A stretch of DNA of 64,000 nt, from NCBI GenBank assembly GCA_050633245.1, contig JBOEGD010000011.1:32001-96000 (forward strand). Reading direction: 5' to 3'. The notes under the pieces are model-generated. The model was not told the origin of the DNA and did no database searches. It saw nothing but the letters and a program-made list of their open reading frames with translations. The position numbers and the translations under genes were made by a program. The stretch is from Calditrichia bacterium (GTDB lineage Bacteria; Calditrichota; Calditrichia; RBG-13-44-9; J075). Shown in pieces: positions 1 to 10,795 of this stretch; positions within the stretch are counted from its first letter, which is position 1; every line of letters begins with the position of its first letter.

Positions 1-2389
1 GATAGGTAAAGACCGCCCCAAAGGGTGGATTTGGTGCAGTGTAATATCCTGCTCCCTGTGAACCCTTACTGCTGAAGGAAAGAACCGGTCTGGTGATATA
101 CCACCATGCTTTTCGAGTAGAATACAGGCTGCCGGGTTTGTTCAGCGAAGCGGCATCGATTTCGCGTAAAACACTATAGTCATCGAACACATAAAATCCA
201 CGACCGAACGATGCTCCGACTAAATCATTCTCACGCTTTTGAATTGCAAGATCGCGGAAGGATATGGTAGGAACACCACCGCTTAGCTTAGCCCAGGATC
301 TTCCGGCATCCAGGCTGGTAAAAATTGCGAACTCCGTTGCAGCAAAAAGCAGCTCTGCTTTTTCATGATCCTGCACGATTCGCCATACAAGATGCTTGTC
401 AGGCAAATTTGCGCGAATACTTCGCCAGGTTTTTCCGCGATTTGTACTTTTGAAAAGATAAGGCTTGAAATCACCATACTTGTGATTGTCCATTGCCAGA
501 TATACGGTATTGGCGTCGTGAAGATCAGCCTTGATGTCGTTTACGAATGCCGTTGCAGGCACTCCTTTAATGCTGCCAACCTCAATCTTTCGCCAGGATT
601 TGCCGTTGTTCTCGCTTACCTGAACCAAACCATCATCCGTTCCGGCATAAATAAGCCCCTCGGCCAGTGGTGATACGGCCAATGAGGTAATGGTGTTATA
701 GGTAGACATTGCATAAAGATCCCACGGTGCATCCCAACCCCATGTTGTTCCCATAATGGGCAAATTTACACGCTCTTGATTACGCGTGAGGTCTCCGGAA
801 AGTGCCGTCCAGGTGTCGCCGCGATTATCGGAACGCCAGACTCGCTGAGAAGCAAAATATATTGTAGTAGGGGAGTGTGGGCTTACCAAAATCGGTGCAT
901 CCCAATTAAAACGCTCTGCCGATGCTCCTTCTTCTGCCTGCGGCTGAATATAGACAAACTCTCCGGTGGTACGATCTACACGAACCAGGTTACCTTGCTG
1001 CCACTCGGAATAAATGATGTCGGGGTTTCCAGGTTCCGTTGCCGGTTGATGACCGTCGCCAAAAAGAGTAATATACCAATCGGAATTACGGATACCGTGA
1101 AAGTTATCCGTTCGGGATGGACCACCCTGAGTGTTGTTGTCCTGAGTTCCACCGTAGATATTGTAGAATGGCTCAGCATCATCAACCGCAAGCTTGTAGT
1201 ATTGTGTTACAGGCAGATTGTCAATAAAACTCCAATTTTCGGCAAGATCAAAACTTTCATAAATCCCGCCGTCTGTTCCGGCAAGTAGATAGTCGGGGTC
1301 ATCTTTGCGAAAGGTAAGCGAGTGGTTATCAGAATGCTTATGCTTTTCTTTTAAGGTTCGAAACGTTTTTCCACCATCATCAGAGACTTTAAAACGAACA
1401 TTGGCTAAGTAGATGCGATCGAACGCATGCGGTGAGGCATAGAGCTCCTGATAATAGTGAGGGCCGGTTCCACCGGAAACAGTATCTGACATTTTTTTCC
1501 AGGATGCGCCACGATTTGCAGAGCGATAGACTGCTCCTTTGCGACGATCCAGCTCAATTGCTGCATAAAGAACGTCCGGGTTTTGCGGAGAAATTGCCAG
1601 ACCGATTTTGCCCATGTTTGATGATGGAAGTCCCTTCTTTAGCTTCGTCCAGCTGTCTCCGGCATCTGTTGAGGAATAAAGAGCTGTGCCGGGGCCACCA
1701 CCCATAAGTGCGGCAACATTACGATGTCGTTGCCAGGTAGCTGCATATAGCACATCGGGATTCCTTGGATCTATCTCCAATTCGGTAGCGCCAATCCACT
1801 GATTGTCGCCAAGTACGCGCTTCCAGGTCTTACCACCATTAATCGTTTTGTAAACGCCACGCTCACCACCGGCAGACCAAAGTGGTCCCTGTGATGCGAC
1901 CCAAATAACATCTGAGTTCTCGGGGTGAATTACTATTTTTGAGATATGTTCAGAGTTTTTCAGCCCCATGTTCTTCCAGGATTTTCCGCCATCGCTACTT
2001 TTGTATATTCCGTCTCCATAGCCGACATGTCGTCCACCAACATTCTCTCCGGTACCAACCCAAATTGTATGTGGGTTCTGTTGATCTATTGAAATACATC
2101 CGATGGAGTAGGACGATTGTTTATCAAAAATTGGTTTCCAGGTATTGCCTGCGTTACGCGTCAGCCAGACGCCGCCGGACCCTACTGCGACATACCAGAC
2201 ATTATCGTCCTCCGGGTGAATAGCGATGTCGGCGATCCGTCCAGACATAAATGCCGGACCGATGCCACGAAGTTTTAAGCCCTGAAGTGTTGTATCGCTG
2301 ACAATGGGTTTCTGCGCAAATGCCACAGCTGTCAGTGCAAAAAGCCCTATTAACAAAAATTTTAGTGAATTGGTAAGAGCGTAAGTCAT
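1..2389 (-). CDS. VPS10/sortilin-like BNR-repeat glycosyl hydrolase, secreted (3' end runs off the window)
   Basis: Absent from the ORF track because there is no stop in the window. Manual translation from ATG 2389 (AAGGA upstream) gives a signal peptide, then LRGIGPAFMSGRIADIAIHP, GVWLTRNAGNTW, GDGIYKSSDGGKSW and GVYKTINGGKTW (BNR/Asp-box repeats). The same frame at the window edge reads GYYTAPNPPFGAVFTY. Confidence 0.85.
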   Translation of the reverse strand, partial: MTYALTNSLKFLLIGLFALTAVAFAQKPIVSDTTLQGLKLRGIGPAFMSGRIADIAIHPEDDNVWYVAVGSGGVWLTRNAGNTWKPIFDKQSSYSIGCISIDQQNPHTIWVGTGENVGGRHVGYGDGIYKSSDGGKSWKNMGLKNSEHISKIVIHPENSDVIWVASQGPLWSAGGERGVYKTINGGKTWKRVLGDNQWIGATELEIDPRNPDVLYAATWQRHRNVAALMGGGPGTALYSSTDAGDSWTKLKKGLPSSNMGKIGLAISPQNPDVLYAAIELDRRKGAVYRSANRGASWKKMSDTVSGGTGPHYYQELYASPHAFDRIYLANVRFKVSDDGGKTFRTLKEKHKHSDNHSLTFRKDDPDYLLAGTDGGIYESFDLAENWSFIDNLPVTQYYKLAVDDAEPFYNIYGGTQDNNTQGGPSRTDNFHGIRNSDWYITLFGDGHQPATEPGNPDIIYSEWQQGNLVRVDRTTGEFVYIQPQAEEGASAERFNWDAPILVSPHSPTTIYFASQRVWRSDNRGDTWTALSGDLTRNQERVNLPIMGTTWGWDAPWDLYAMSTYNTITSLAVSPLAEGLIYAGTDDGLVQVSENNGKSWRKIEVGSIKGVPATAFVNDIKADLHDANTVYLAMDNHKYGDFKPYLFKSTNRGKTWRSIRANLPDKHLVWRIVQDHEKAELLFAATEFAIFTSLDAGRSWAKLSGGVPTISFRDLAIQKRENDLVGASFGRGFYVFDDYSVLREIDAASLNKPGSLYSTRKAWWYITRPVLSFSSKGSQGAGYYTAPNPPFGAVFTY

Positions 2390-2598
2390 GGCAATTCCTT
2401 TGGGATTGTGTTGGGTAGACATCTGGCTATTAGATAGAAAAGGTGTTGATTGTTTGAGAAGCTACCGCAAAAAAGTGTATCTGTCAAGTAAGAGACTGCC
2501 CGGATATTTCAGTTTTCTTTGCAAAGAATAAACCTTTTACATCAAACCAGCGTCTTAGTAATGAAAATGAACCTTAAGAAAGAATATGAGGAAGTCGA

Positions 2599-3984
2599 AT
2601 GTCTGTGAACGTGTTACTAAAGAGAAGCATTTCAATACTTGCAATACTGTTCTTTTGCGGAACAGTTTTGGCTCAGAATTCCAGTGTCAAATTGACGTCT
2701 GAAGAGCAGCAAGCTGTTGTGGAACGCATTAGCGAAATGTTATTGGAGAATTATGTGTTCCCCGATATCGCTAAAAAAAATGTCGCATATCTCCAGGAGC
2801 AGCTGAAACGAGAAAGTTATAAGAGCGTGACTGCCCCGGAAGATTTCGCCAGGCAGCTTACTGAAGATTTGCAGCACATCAATAAGGATAAACACATGCG
2901 TGTCCGAATGCGTAAGCCCGAACGCGCTGCGCTCGAAGAATCCGATCCACTACTTGCCCGACTAAAAGCTGATATTCGTCGCAGCTCCAGAAACTATGGT
3001 TTCGAAAAAGTAGAGCGATTTGATAATAACGTCGGTTATGTCGATTTTCGCTATTTCGATGGTTCCCAAGAAGCGAAAAAGGTGGCAGCATCAACAATGC
3101 ACTTCCTTGCTGGTTCAGACGCCATTATTTTTGATATGCGTAAAAATGGCGGTGGAAATCCGGAAATGGTGCAGTTTATCTGTAGCTATTTCTTTGGAGA
3201 AAAAACGCATCTGAATAGTTTGTATTGGCGTGAGGGTGATGAAACACATGAGTTCTGGACATTGGACTCACTACCGGGGAAGCGTATGCCTGACGTGCCT
3301 TTGTTTGTTCTAACCAGCAAGCGCACTTTCTCCGGAGCGGAGGAATTCAGTTACAATTTTCAAACGCGGAAACGGGCAACACTCATTGGGGAGACAACCG
3401 GTGGTGGAGCAAATCCTGGAGGAACGGCGCCGATAAATCGCCAGTTTGAAATCTTTATTCCTACCGGTAAGGCAATTAATCCGGTTACCGGAACAAATTG
3501 GGAGGGCGTTGGCGTAAAACCGGATATTCCCGTTTTTGCAGATAGCGCGCTTAGCGTTGCTCTAAGGCATGCAAAGGTCGCTGCAACGGAGTTTGCAGCT
3601 AGGAAAGAGGCTGCATTGCTGGCCAAGGTAGAGCAATTTCGTGCAGACCTTGCCGCATCCGAGAAGAATGCTGAGAACCGCAAACAGATGGTAAATACTG
3701 CTCTTCAGGGAGCGCTGGATGCGAAGTTTATGCGCGAACGAGATATCAATCAGTTAGGCTATCAATACCTGGCAGATGAAACCTTCGAGATGGCTATTCA
3801 GGTATTTATATTTAATACTGAGGCATTTCCGCGGTCGGCAAATACCTATGACAGTCTTGGTGAGGCATATATGTTGTCTGGAGACAAGCCTAATGCCATA
3901 AATAACTACAAACGCTCGCTTGAACTCGACCCGGCAAATGGCAACGCCGTGAATATGTTAAAACAGATGGGTGCAAAGCTTTAG
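2599..3984 (+). CDS. S41 family peptidase (IRBP-like) with C-terminal TPR
   Basis: Signal peptide, DMRKNGGG, TFSGAEEF, GETTGGGANP and NWEGVGVKPD; C-terminal TPR NTYDSLGEAY. Confidence 0.9.
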   Translation: MSVNVLLKRSISILAILFFCGTVLAQNSSVKLTSEEQQAVVERISEMLLENYVFPDIAKKNVAYLQEQLKRESYKSVTAPEDFARQLTEDLQHINKDKHMRVRMRKPERAALEESDPLLARLKADIRRSSRNYGFEKVERFDNNVGYVDFRYFDGSQEAKKVAASTMHFLAGSDAIIFDMRKNGGGNPEMVQFICSYFFGEKTHLNSLYWREGDETHEFWTLDSLPGKRMPDVPLFVLTSKRTFSGAEEFSYNFQTRKRATLIGETTGGGANPGGTAPINRQFEIFIPTGKAINPVTGTNWEGVGVKPDIPVFADSALSVALRHAKVAATEFAARKEAALLAKVEQFRADLAASEKNAENRKQMVNTALQGALDAKFMRERDINQLGYQYLADETFEMAIQVFIFNTEAFPRSANTYDSLGEAYMLSGDKPNAINNYKRSLELDPANGNAVNMLKQMGAKL

Positions 3985-3990
3985 GGAGTC

Positions 3991-4025
3991 TTTCCAGCTG
4001 CTCTGCCAAGCAGGGCAGCTGGAAA
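3991..4025. terminator. Likely bidirectional intrinsic terminator
   Basis: TTTCCAGCTGCTCTGC-CAA-GCAGGGCAGCTGGAAA hairpin between convergent genes. Confidence 0.65.
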
Positions 4026-4041
4026 ATAATTGCACTGAGTC

Positions 4042-5322
4042 TTATTCACCGTTCAATTTTTTTGTTGCTTTCTCGATGCGTTTATTGGCATCCTTAACGG
4101 CACCGGAATTCGGGAAGTTGTCGACTACCCTTTGATAATAATCGATCGCTTTCTGATAATCCTTCAGTTTGTCTTCTACCAGCTTTCCGGCATCGATAAG
4201 GCGATCCGGACCCTTTATATATTCCGGATATGCCTCGGCAATTCTGGCCAGAGCAACAGCCGCATTTTCATAATCTTCAAGATCGTTCTTGTAAAGGTCG
4301 GCAACCTCTTCTAGAGCCTCCGGCCCTCTTTCGCTTCCCGGAAAGCTTGCCAGCAGATTGTTATATGCTGCAATCGCTTGCTGAGGGTCTTTTTTCTTCT
4401 TCTCGTAAAGTTGACCAACACGCCATAGTGCTTCTGCTCCATTTGCATTGGTGGGATATCGTTCAACAAGCTGTTGATAGTCCAGAATGGCGCCATCGTA
4501 GTTCTTTTGCTTTTTTTCCTTAATTTCTGCGATTGCGAAGGTTGCATCTCCAACTAAATCGGAAGAGGGATAATTTGAAACCATTTCATTGAGATAGGAC
4601 AACCCCTTTTCGTGCTTCCGCAGGTTTTTATAATGAAGCATGCCTTGCTTGTAGCGAATATCTGCCATTTTGGGACTGTCGGCAAAGATGCGGCCGAATT
4701 TCTGATATGTCGTATTCGCTTCTGCATAATCTTTGCTGGCAGTGAAAAAATCAGCCATCCACAATACGGTCTGGGCATGTCGGTTGTCTTTTGGAAAGCG
4801 GCGAATAAAGTCGCGACATGCAGCAATTCCGCTGTCTTTCAAACCACCCTTTTGCAACTTAACCAATACTTCGAGATAGCGATAATAAGAATCAGCGGTG
4901 CTCATTCCACCTTTATCTTCATCAATAATTTCGAGCAGATATGCTTGATCGTTGCGGTAGCCTCGTTCATTGGCAACCAAACGTCGCAGGTCATCGACAT
5001 TTGCTTTAATTGCTGCAGATGAAGGATAGAGATAGATCATCTTCAAATAAGCGGCAAGAGCTTCATGTTCTTTGCCCTTTTTGTTGAAGACGCTTGCCAG
5101 CATAAACTGAGCCCTGCCTGAATTCTGATCGTCAGGAAAAAGCAACAAAAAATAGTTGAGCTCGTCAATTAAGATATTCTGAAGCGAATTCTGATGCTCA
5201 TTAAATGTCTCCTCCAAATACTTGAAGTAGGCAGATGGATTGTATTGAGCCTGGAGTGTGGTGTTTGTGAGTAGGAAGGTTAGGAATAAAAACATTACCT
5301 TCTTAAATAGTTTGCGATGCAT
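4042..5322 (-). CDS. Exported tetratricopeptide-repeat protein (BamD/CpoB-like TPR array)
   Basis: GGAGGAG SD before ATG 5322, signal peptide ending LQA-QY, repeated 'A...Y..L...YP.S....A' TPR units; paralog of 8045..9334. Confidence 0.8.
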   Translation of the reverse strand: MHRKLFKKVMFLFLTFLLTNTTLQAQYNPSAYFKYLEETFNEHQNSLQNILIDELNYFLLLFPDDQNSGRAQFMLASVFNKKGKEHEALAAYLKMIYLYPSSAAIKANVDDLRRLVANERGYRNDQAYLLEIIDEDKGGMSTADSYYRYLEVLVKLQKGGLKDSGIAACRDFIRRFPKDNRHAQTVLWMADFFTASKDYAEANTTYQKFGRIFADSPKMADIRYKQGMLHYKNLRKHEKGLSYLNEMVSNYPSSDLVGDATFAIAEIKEKKQKNYDGAILDYQQLVERYPTNANGAEALWRVGQLYEKKKKDPQQAIAAYNNLLASFPGSERGPEALEEVADLYKNDLEDYENAAVALARIAEAYPEYIKGPDRLIDAGKLVEDKLKDYQKAIDYYQRVVDNFPNSGAVKDANKRIEKATKKLNGE

Positions 5323-5501
5323 ATTCTCCTCCACAGAAAAATTCATACATATTGGTTTGCCTTTAGTCGATAAAAGTCAATAACACTTCGACTGCTGATA
5401 AGGTATGAAAAAGAAATCGTCAGAGCCAGTGTCGGCAATAATTCTTGCGCTAATTGCATCTGAGCTTTACTTTATATCTTCCTTAAGTCCTTTACCGAAC
5501 A

Positions 5502-7979
5502 ATGGAGACCCCCATGAAATTTTGTTTCAAAATACAGGCTGTGGTTTTTTTTATATGCTTATTGTCAGCCACCGTGTTTTCTAAAGAGAAACCTGCTATA
5601 GCCGATGCAGCATCCGGCATGGAAAAATACACCGGTTATTTCGATTTTTACTGGAATGCTGAAGAGGGGAAAGTCTTGCTTCAGATTGATCGCTGGGATG
5701 AAGAGTTTCTTTACGTCAATTCTCTGGTCACCGGAGTTGGCTCAAACGATATCGGACTAGATCGCGGACAGCTTGGCAGCAGTCGAATTGTTCGATTTCA
5801 GCGAACCGGGCCAAAGGTGATACTCATCGAGAGCAATTATGCGTTCCGTGCCTCAACTGATAACGCTGAGGAGCGCCGCGCTATTGAAGAGGCATTTGCA
5901 ATTTCTGTCCTGGGTGGATTCTCAGTGGTTGCAGAAACAGACGGAAGTGTCCTGGTCGATGCGACATCCTTTTTCCTGCGCGATGCGCATGGTGTCAGCC
6001 AAACATTAAACGACAGAGGGCAGGGGAGTTTTAGTCTTGATGGAAAACGATCTGTAATGTATTTAGAAAACACAAAAAGCTTTCCCAGGAATAGTGAATT
6101 TGAGGCATTGCTGACCTTTAGCGGACGCAAACCCGGTCAATTTGTTCAACAAGTGGTACCTACACCAACGTCAATAAGCGTCAGACAAAGACATTCATTT
6201 GTTAAGCTGCCGGATGACAAGTATGAACCCCGCGTTTTCGATCCGCGAAGTGGTTATATCTATATTGAATATCAGGATTATGGCACTCCCATTGGCGATC
6301 CGCTGGTAAAACGATTTATCACACGTCATCGCCTACAAAAGAAAAATCCTTCGCAAACTGTTGGTCCTTTCGAGGTTGTCGAGCCAATTGTGTATTATCT
6401 CGATCCCGGGACACCGGAACCCATTCGGTCGGCGCTGCTCGATGGAGCGCGTTGGTGGACACAAGCTTTTGAAGAAGCAGGTTTCAAAGATGCCTATCGT
6501 GTCGAAATGCTTCCGACAGGAGCCGATCCAATGGATGTGCGATACAATGTAATTCAGTGGGTGCATCGCGCAACGCGCGGCTGGTCTTATGGAGATATGG
6601 TATCAGATCCACGAACTGGTGAGATTATCAAAGGACATGTCAGCCTCGGCTCGCTGCGTGTTCGTCAAGACTATTTAATAGCCGAGGGGCTTTTGGCGCC
6701 ATACAAGGCCAAAGGCGATGTGCCAAAAGAAATGCAGGAGATGGCTTTGGCGCGTCTGCGACAGCTTTCTGCACATGAGGTTGGCCATACAATCGGGTTA
6801 ACTCACAACTTTGCCGCCAGCGCATATACCAAAACTCAGCTTGGAAAATATACCCACGGATCCGTGATGGATTATCCACACCCGTTTGCAACGCTTGGCA
6901 GCGATGGAAAAGTAGATTTGAGTCGCGCTTATGCTGTTGGCATCGGCGCGTGGGATAGCTGGGCGATTCGCTATGGATACAGCCTGTTCGACAATGCCGA
7001 TGGCAGAGATGCAGACCTTGAAAACGTATTGCAAAATCCAGTTGGGGAATTTATTGGCGACAGTGATGCGCGTCCGCGTGGTGGTGCTAACCCAAGCGGG
7101 CATCTTTGGGATAATGGACTGAGTCCGGTTGTGGAGCTGGAACGCATAATGAAGCTACGTAAGAATGCGTTAGTAAACTTTACGGAGGATGTGATTCCAT
7201 TTGGAACGCCACTTTCGCAGCTGGAAGAAAGCCTGATGCCGGTATATTTTATGCACCGGTATCAAATAGAAGCTGCAGCTAAGTTGATTGGCGGCGTAAA
7301 TTACGATTATCAGGTGCGCGGGCAAAAGCAGGTTCTTGAAGTTGTTGATCCATCCGCTCAGCAGGCTGCCTTGCGGGCATTGATGGACGTTTTGATGCCG
7401 GAACAACTCTTGCTTCCCGAGTCCATACGAAAACTTGTCCCACCCAAATCCTACGGGACATATCGAGGCAGAGAAAGTCTCTCCGGTAGAATGGGACCGA
7501 TATTCGATCCGCTTGCGCCGGCAGAAATGGTGATTGATCTAACTCTCGATATGCTGCTGAATCGTGAGAGAGCGGCAAGACTTATTGTTCAAGGGGCGTC
7601 GGATAAGAAGACACTTTCATTAGACAAGTTGATGGAGAAACTGTATCGTTTTGCCTACAAAAACAATTCAGAAAAAGGCCTGCAAGCTGAAGTTCGTGCG
7701 ATCCTTCGCGACCGATTACTCGAAAGATTAATGAATCTTGCTGCGGACAGCAGGGCATTGACACAGGTAAAGAGCACGGCATATGGCTATATTTCTAAAG
7801 TACGCAAAGACTTGAATGGTTTTAAGGTGAAGGATAGCAAGGAGAGCAAGACGTATCTCCGAAACAAAATCAATCGCTTTATGCAGGATCCCGCATCCTG
7901 GAAACCGGGTAAAAGGCTTGTGCCACCTGCCGGCTCGCCAATTGGGAGTTCTCGCGCAATGCAGTGTTCACATGAATAA
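5502..7979 (+). CDS. Zinc-dependent metalloprotease (DUF5117/DUF4953, EcxA-like)
   Basis: Signal peptide, HEVGHTIGLTH zinc motif, SVMDY Met-turn, DPRTGEII. Confidence 0.88.
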   Translation: METPMKFCFKIQAVVFFICLLSATVFSKEKPAIADAASGMEKYTGYFDFYWNAEEGKVLLQIDRWDEEFLYVNSLVTGVGSNDIGLDRGQLGSSRIVRFQRTGPKVILIESNYAFRASTDNAEERRAIEEAFAISVLGGFSVVAETDGSVLVDATSFFLRDAHGVSQTLNDRGQGSFSLDGKRSVMYLENTKSFPRNSEFEALLTFSGRKPGQFVQQVVPTPTSISVRQRHSFVKLPDDKYEPRVFDPRSGYIYIEYQDYGTPIGDPLVKRFITRHRLQKKNPSQTVGPFEVVEPIVYYLDPGTPEPIRSALLDGARWWTQAFEEAGFKDAYRVEMLPTGADPMDVRYNVIQWVHRATRGWSYGDMVSDPRTGEIIKGHVSLGSLRVRQDYLIAEGLLAPYKAKGDVPKEMQEMALARLRQLSAHEVGHTIGLTHNFAASAYTKTQLGKYTHGSVMDYPHPFATLGSDGKVDLSRAYAVGIGAWDSWAIRYGYSLFDNADGRDADLENVLQNPVGEFIGDSDARPRGGANPSGHLWDNGLSPVVELERIMKLRKNALVNFTEDVIPFGTPLSQLEESLMPVYFMHRYQIEAAAKLIGGVNYDYQVRGQKQVLEVVDPSAQQAALRALMDVLMPEQLLLPESIRKLVPPKSYGTYRGRESLSGRMGPIFDPLAPAEMVIDLTLDMLLNRERAARLIVQGASDKKTLSLDKLMEKLYRFAYKNNSEKGLQAEVRAILRDRLLERLMNLAADSRALTQVKSTAYGYISKVRKDLNGFKVKDSKESKTYLRNKINRFMQDPASWKPGKRLVPPAGSPIGSSRAMQCSHE

Positions 7980-7983
7980 AAAG

Positions 7984-8017
7984 AAACGCCGCAACCAAAA
8001 TGGTGTGCGGCGTTTTT
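7984..8017. terminator. Intrinsic terminator between convergent genes
   Basis: AAACGCCGCA...TGCGGCGTTTTT hairpin. Confidence 0.65.
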
Positions 8018-8044
8018 GCTATTGTGAAAAACTGTTGACGCGGC

Positions 8045-9334
8045 TTAGTTAGACTTCTTGCGCGCTTTTTCAATCTTCTTGCGCGCGTCTTTGGCTTTTT
8101 TAGAATCGGGGAATGAGGAGATGATCTTCTCGTAATACATAATGGCCAGACTGTAGTTCTTTAGCTTCTCTTCACAAAGTTCACCTGCTTGCAGCATGCG
8201 CTCAGGCGCTTTATCATATTCCGGATACAACTCGCCAATTCTGGCAAGGGTTTCGGCAGACTTTGCATATTCCTTCATCTTATCCTTATAAACTTCAGCC
8301 ATTTTTTCTAGAGCTTCGATGCCGCGTTTATCACCTTTATGCTCATTTAAGAGCTCGTTGAACATCTGAACGGATGCTTCATGATTCTTCGCTTTCTCGG
8401 TATAAAGTATTGCGCTGCGCCAGCGGGCTTCCAGTGATTTACCAATTTTGTCATAAGAACGAGTCACTTTCTTATAGTCTTCGATAGCACCTTCATAAGC
8501 TTTTCGCTTCTTCTCTTTTACTTCTGCGCGCATAAATAGTGCGTTCCCGGCAAGCGTGCTGTCTTTAGATTGATCGACAACTTTGCTAAATGCTTCCACG
8601 GCTTGCGCGGGCTTGTCGAGTTTTTTGTAAAGAACTTCCCCCTGTTTGAAATATACATCGCTTGCCAGTTCGCTGTCCGGAAAGAGGGTGCCGAATTTGC
8701 TATAGGCTGCGTTTGCTTCCTTATGTTTCTCCTGCACGCGATAGGCGTTGCCAAGCCACAGTAGCGACTGACCTGTTTTTTCCGTGTCAGGGAATTGACG
8801 AATAAATTTGCGATTGGCATTCTGAATCCATACGGACAAATCTTTATTGCTTATTTTATCCAGTGTTTCCAAATACATTGAATAAGCTTCAGCAGATTCC
8901 AGGTCGGAATAGCTCTTGTTTGTTAACTCGGTTAGCATTTCGCGATGCTCTTTATAGCCTTTTTCCTTAGTGACCAGTTTTTGGAGATCTGCGGTGTTCG
9001 CTACAACCGCGCGTGTCTGCGGGTAAACTAAAATCATTTTCAGATAACTCGCGAGTGCTTCGTGTTTCTTGCCATGTTTCTTATATGTTGTTGCCAGCAT
9101 ATATTGCGCCCGACCGGCATACTCATTTTCCGGATAGAGATCGAGAAAATGTGTTAAATCCGCAATCAGATAATCGCGCAAATCTTTTTGGTCCGCGTTA
9201 AACGTGCTTTCGAGATAATTGAAATAAGACTCCGCATTATACTGAGCTTTCAGGGGCAATAGTGAGGCAGCAAAAATCAATAGCAGAGGTGCTATTAATT
9301 TTAATGGGCGAATAGACATAGTGAGTTTCTCCAT
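8045..9334 (-). CDS. Exported tetratricopeptide-repeat protein, paralog of 4042..5322
   Basis: AQYNAESYFNYLESTFN vs AQYNPSAYFKYLEETFN; HEALASYLKMI vs HEALAAYLKMI; same length and TPR periodicity. Confidence 0.8.
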   Translation of the reverse strand: MEKLTMSIRPLKLIAPLLLIFAASLLPLKAQYNAESYFNYLESTFNADQKDLRDYLIADLTHFLDLYPENEYAGRAQYMLATTYKKHGKKHEALASYLKMILVYPQTRAVVANTADLQKLVTKEKGYKEHREMLTELTNKSYSDLESAEAYSMYLETLDKISNKDLSVWIQNANRKFIRQFPDTEKTGQSLLWLGNAYRVQEKHKEANAAYSKFGTLFPDSELASDVYFKQGEVLYKKLDKPAQAVEAFSKVVDQSKDSTLAGNALFMRAEVKEKKRKAYEGAIEDYKKVTRSYDKIGKSLEARWRSAILYTEKAKNHEASVQMFNELLNEHKGDKRGIEALEKMAEVYKDKMKEYAKSAETLARIGELYPEYDKAPERMLQAGELCEEKLKNYSLAIMYYEKIISSFPDSKKAKDARKKIEKARKKSN

Positions 9335-9496
9335 CAGGGCGTTGATTGAATGAATCTGTTTATCTAGACATCAATATTTTAAAATGGTCACTTTATAAAA
9401 TAATATTCCGCTATTTTAATTGTGAACTATTATCTTAATACCTGTTATCAAAATAATACAGTTTGTTCCCAATTCTTTTTTTGGAAAGACGATTCT

Positions 9497-10723
9497 ATGT
9501 CTCAGAAAATTTTATCGCTTCTATCACTTGTAATTATGACGCTGCTTTTATCACTTGCAGCATTTGCGCAGAATGCCGACTCTACCGTGAATGCGCTGTT
9601 TGTAGATCCGGCGTCGCGGGATTTCTCGTCGAATGAAGCTGTTTTGGAGCGCTTGCTTTCCGGGCCTCACGGCTACTTTCGATTTATTAACGTTCAGTTT
9701 AGCCAGGAGATATGTCGTCGTATAGGCGATAAGCTCGCTGAAATGCCGATGCTAAACCTACACGGAGACGCGCATCTTGAACAGTACGCAATTACTGATC
9801 TTGGCAGGGGGCTTACCGATTTCGACGATTCCTCAACGGGGCCGGGTGGCATCGATTTGCTGAGGGTTGGTGTGTCCCTGCATTTAGTGGCGCGGGAAAA
9901 CGGCTGGTCTGAGCATACAGATGACGCACTCAGACTGTTTATTGCGGGCTATACCAAGGCTCTTGAAAATCCTGCAACGGAAGCTCCTGAGCCTTCGCTT
10001 GTTAAACGAATAAGAGATGGCTTTAAAACGGACCGTGAAGGTTACTTCAAGTGGATTGCCTCGGTTATGCAGCCAGTTGATAAACAGATTAGGGATTCTT
10101 TAGAGCACGCGCTTATGTCTTATATTGATACGAAACGTGCTGAGGAGCCTGAGCTGCGTAAGGAATATTTTGACGTAGTAGAAAGTGGTGCGCTGCAAAT
10201 GGGAATTGGTAGTGCTTTGGATATGAAATTCCTTATTCGCATCGCTGGTAAAACGGATGATCCGCTTGACGATATTGTTCTGGAATGCAAGGAGGTGCGC
10301 GATCTTAGTGGAATCGAATGCATCAATAGCGGAAGAGAATCAGATCCGTTTCGGATTCTACTGGGGCAGACCCGAATTGCATACTCTCCATTCGAACATC
10401 TCGGTTATTTTCGCTTCAACCAAAAAATGTTTTGGGTGCATTCGTGGGTAGACAATTATAAAGAGTTGAAAGTTGCAGAATCTTTCGTCAATGTAGAAGA
10501 GCTCAAGGAGGTTTTATATGACGTAGGTGTTCAGCTCGGTAAGGGGCATGTTAAACATATTGCATCTCCACTGGATCTACAACTTCGTCGTGCGCAACAG
10601 AAGCTCTTGAAAGAGCATTACGATGAATTAACAGCACTGTGCGCAGAGCTGGCTGTTGAGACTGTTGAGGCTTGGGAAATGTTTACCGCAGCGATTGCGG
10701 AACAGAACGTTGAAACCAACTAG
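9497..10723 (+). CDS. DUF2252 family protein (kinase-like fold) with signal peptide
   Basis: HGDAHLEQY and TDFDDS motifs, GIGS and LECKE resemble DUF2252. The start was moved to ATG 9497, which gives a signal peptide ending AFA-Q. Confidence 0.65.
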   Translation: MSQKILSLLSLVIMTLLLSLAAFAQNADSTVNALFVDPASRDFSSNEAVLERLLSGPHGYFRFINVQFSQEICRRIGDKLAEMPMLNLHGDAHLEQYAITDLGRGLTDFDDSSTGPGGIDLLRVGVSLHLVARENGWSEHTDDALRLFIAGYTKALENPATEAPEPSLVKRIRDGFKTDREGYFKWIASVMQPVDKQIRDSLEHALMSYIDTKRAEEPELRKEYFDVVESGALQMGIGSALDMKFLIRIAGKTDDPLDDIVLECKEVRDLSGIECINSGRESDPFRILLGQTRIAYSPFEHLGYFRFNQKMFWVHSWVDNYKELKVAESFVNVEELKEVLYDVGVQLGKGHVKHIASPLDLQLRRAQQKLLKEHYDELTALCAELAVETVEAWEMFTAAIAEQNVETN

Positions 10724-10795
10724 AGAACATAGAAAAGAATGAGTGGGAGAATGGGTGACAAGGAGACTTGGCGAAATCAAAATGCCTTATTGCCT

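Noticed and set aside
283-2223. Short ORFs in the track (365..673, 776..1288, 1432..1707, 1939..2223 and others)
   Set aside because: Antisense or off-frame shadows of the long minus-strand VPS10-type gene that the track missed.
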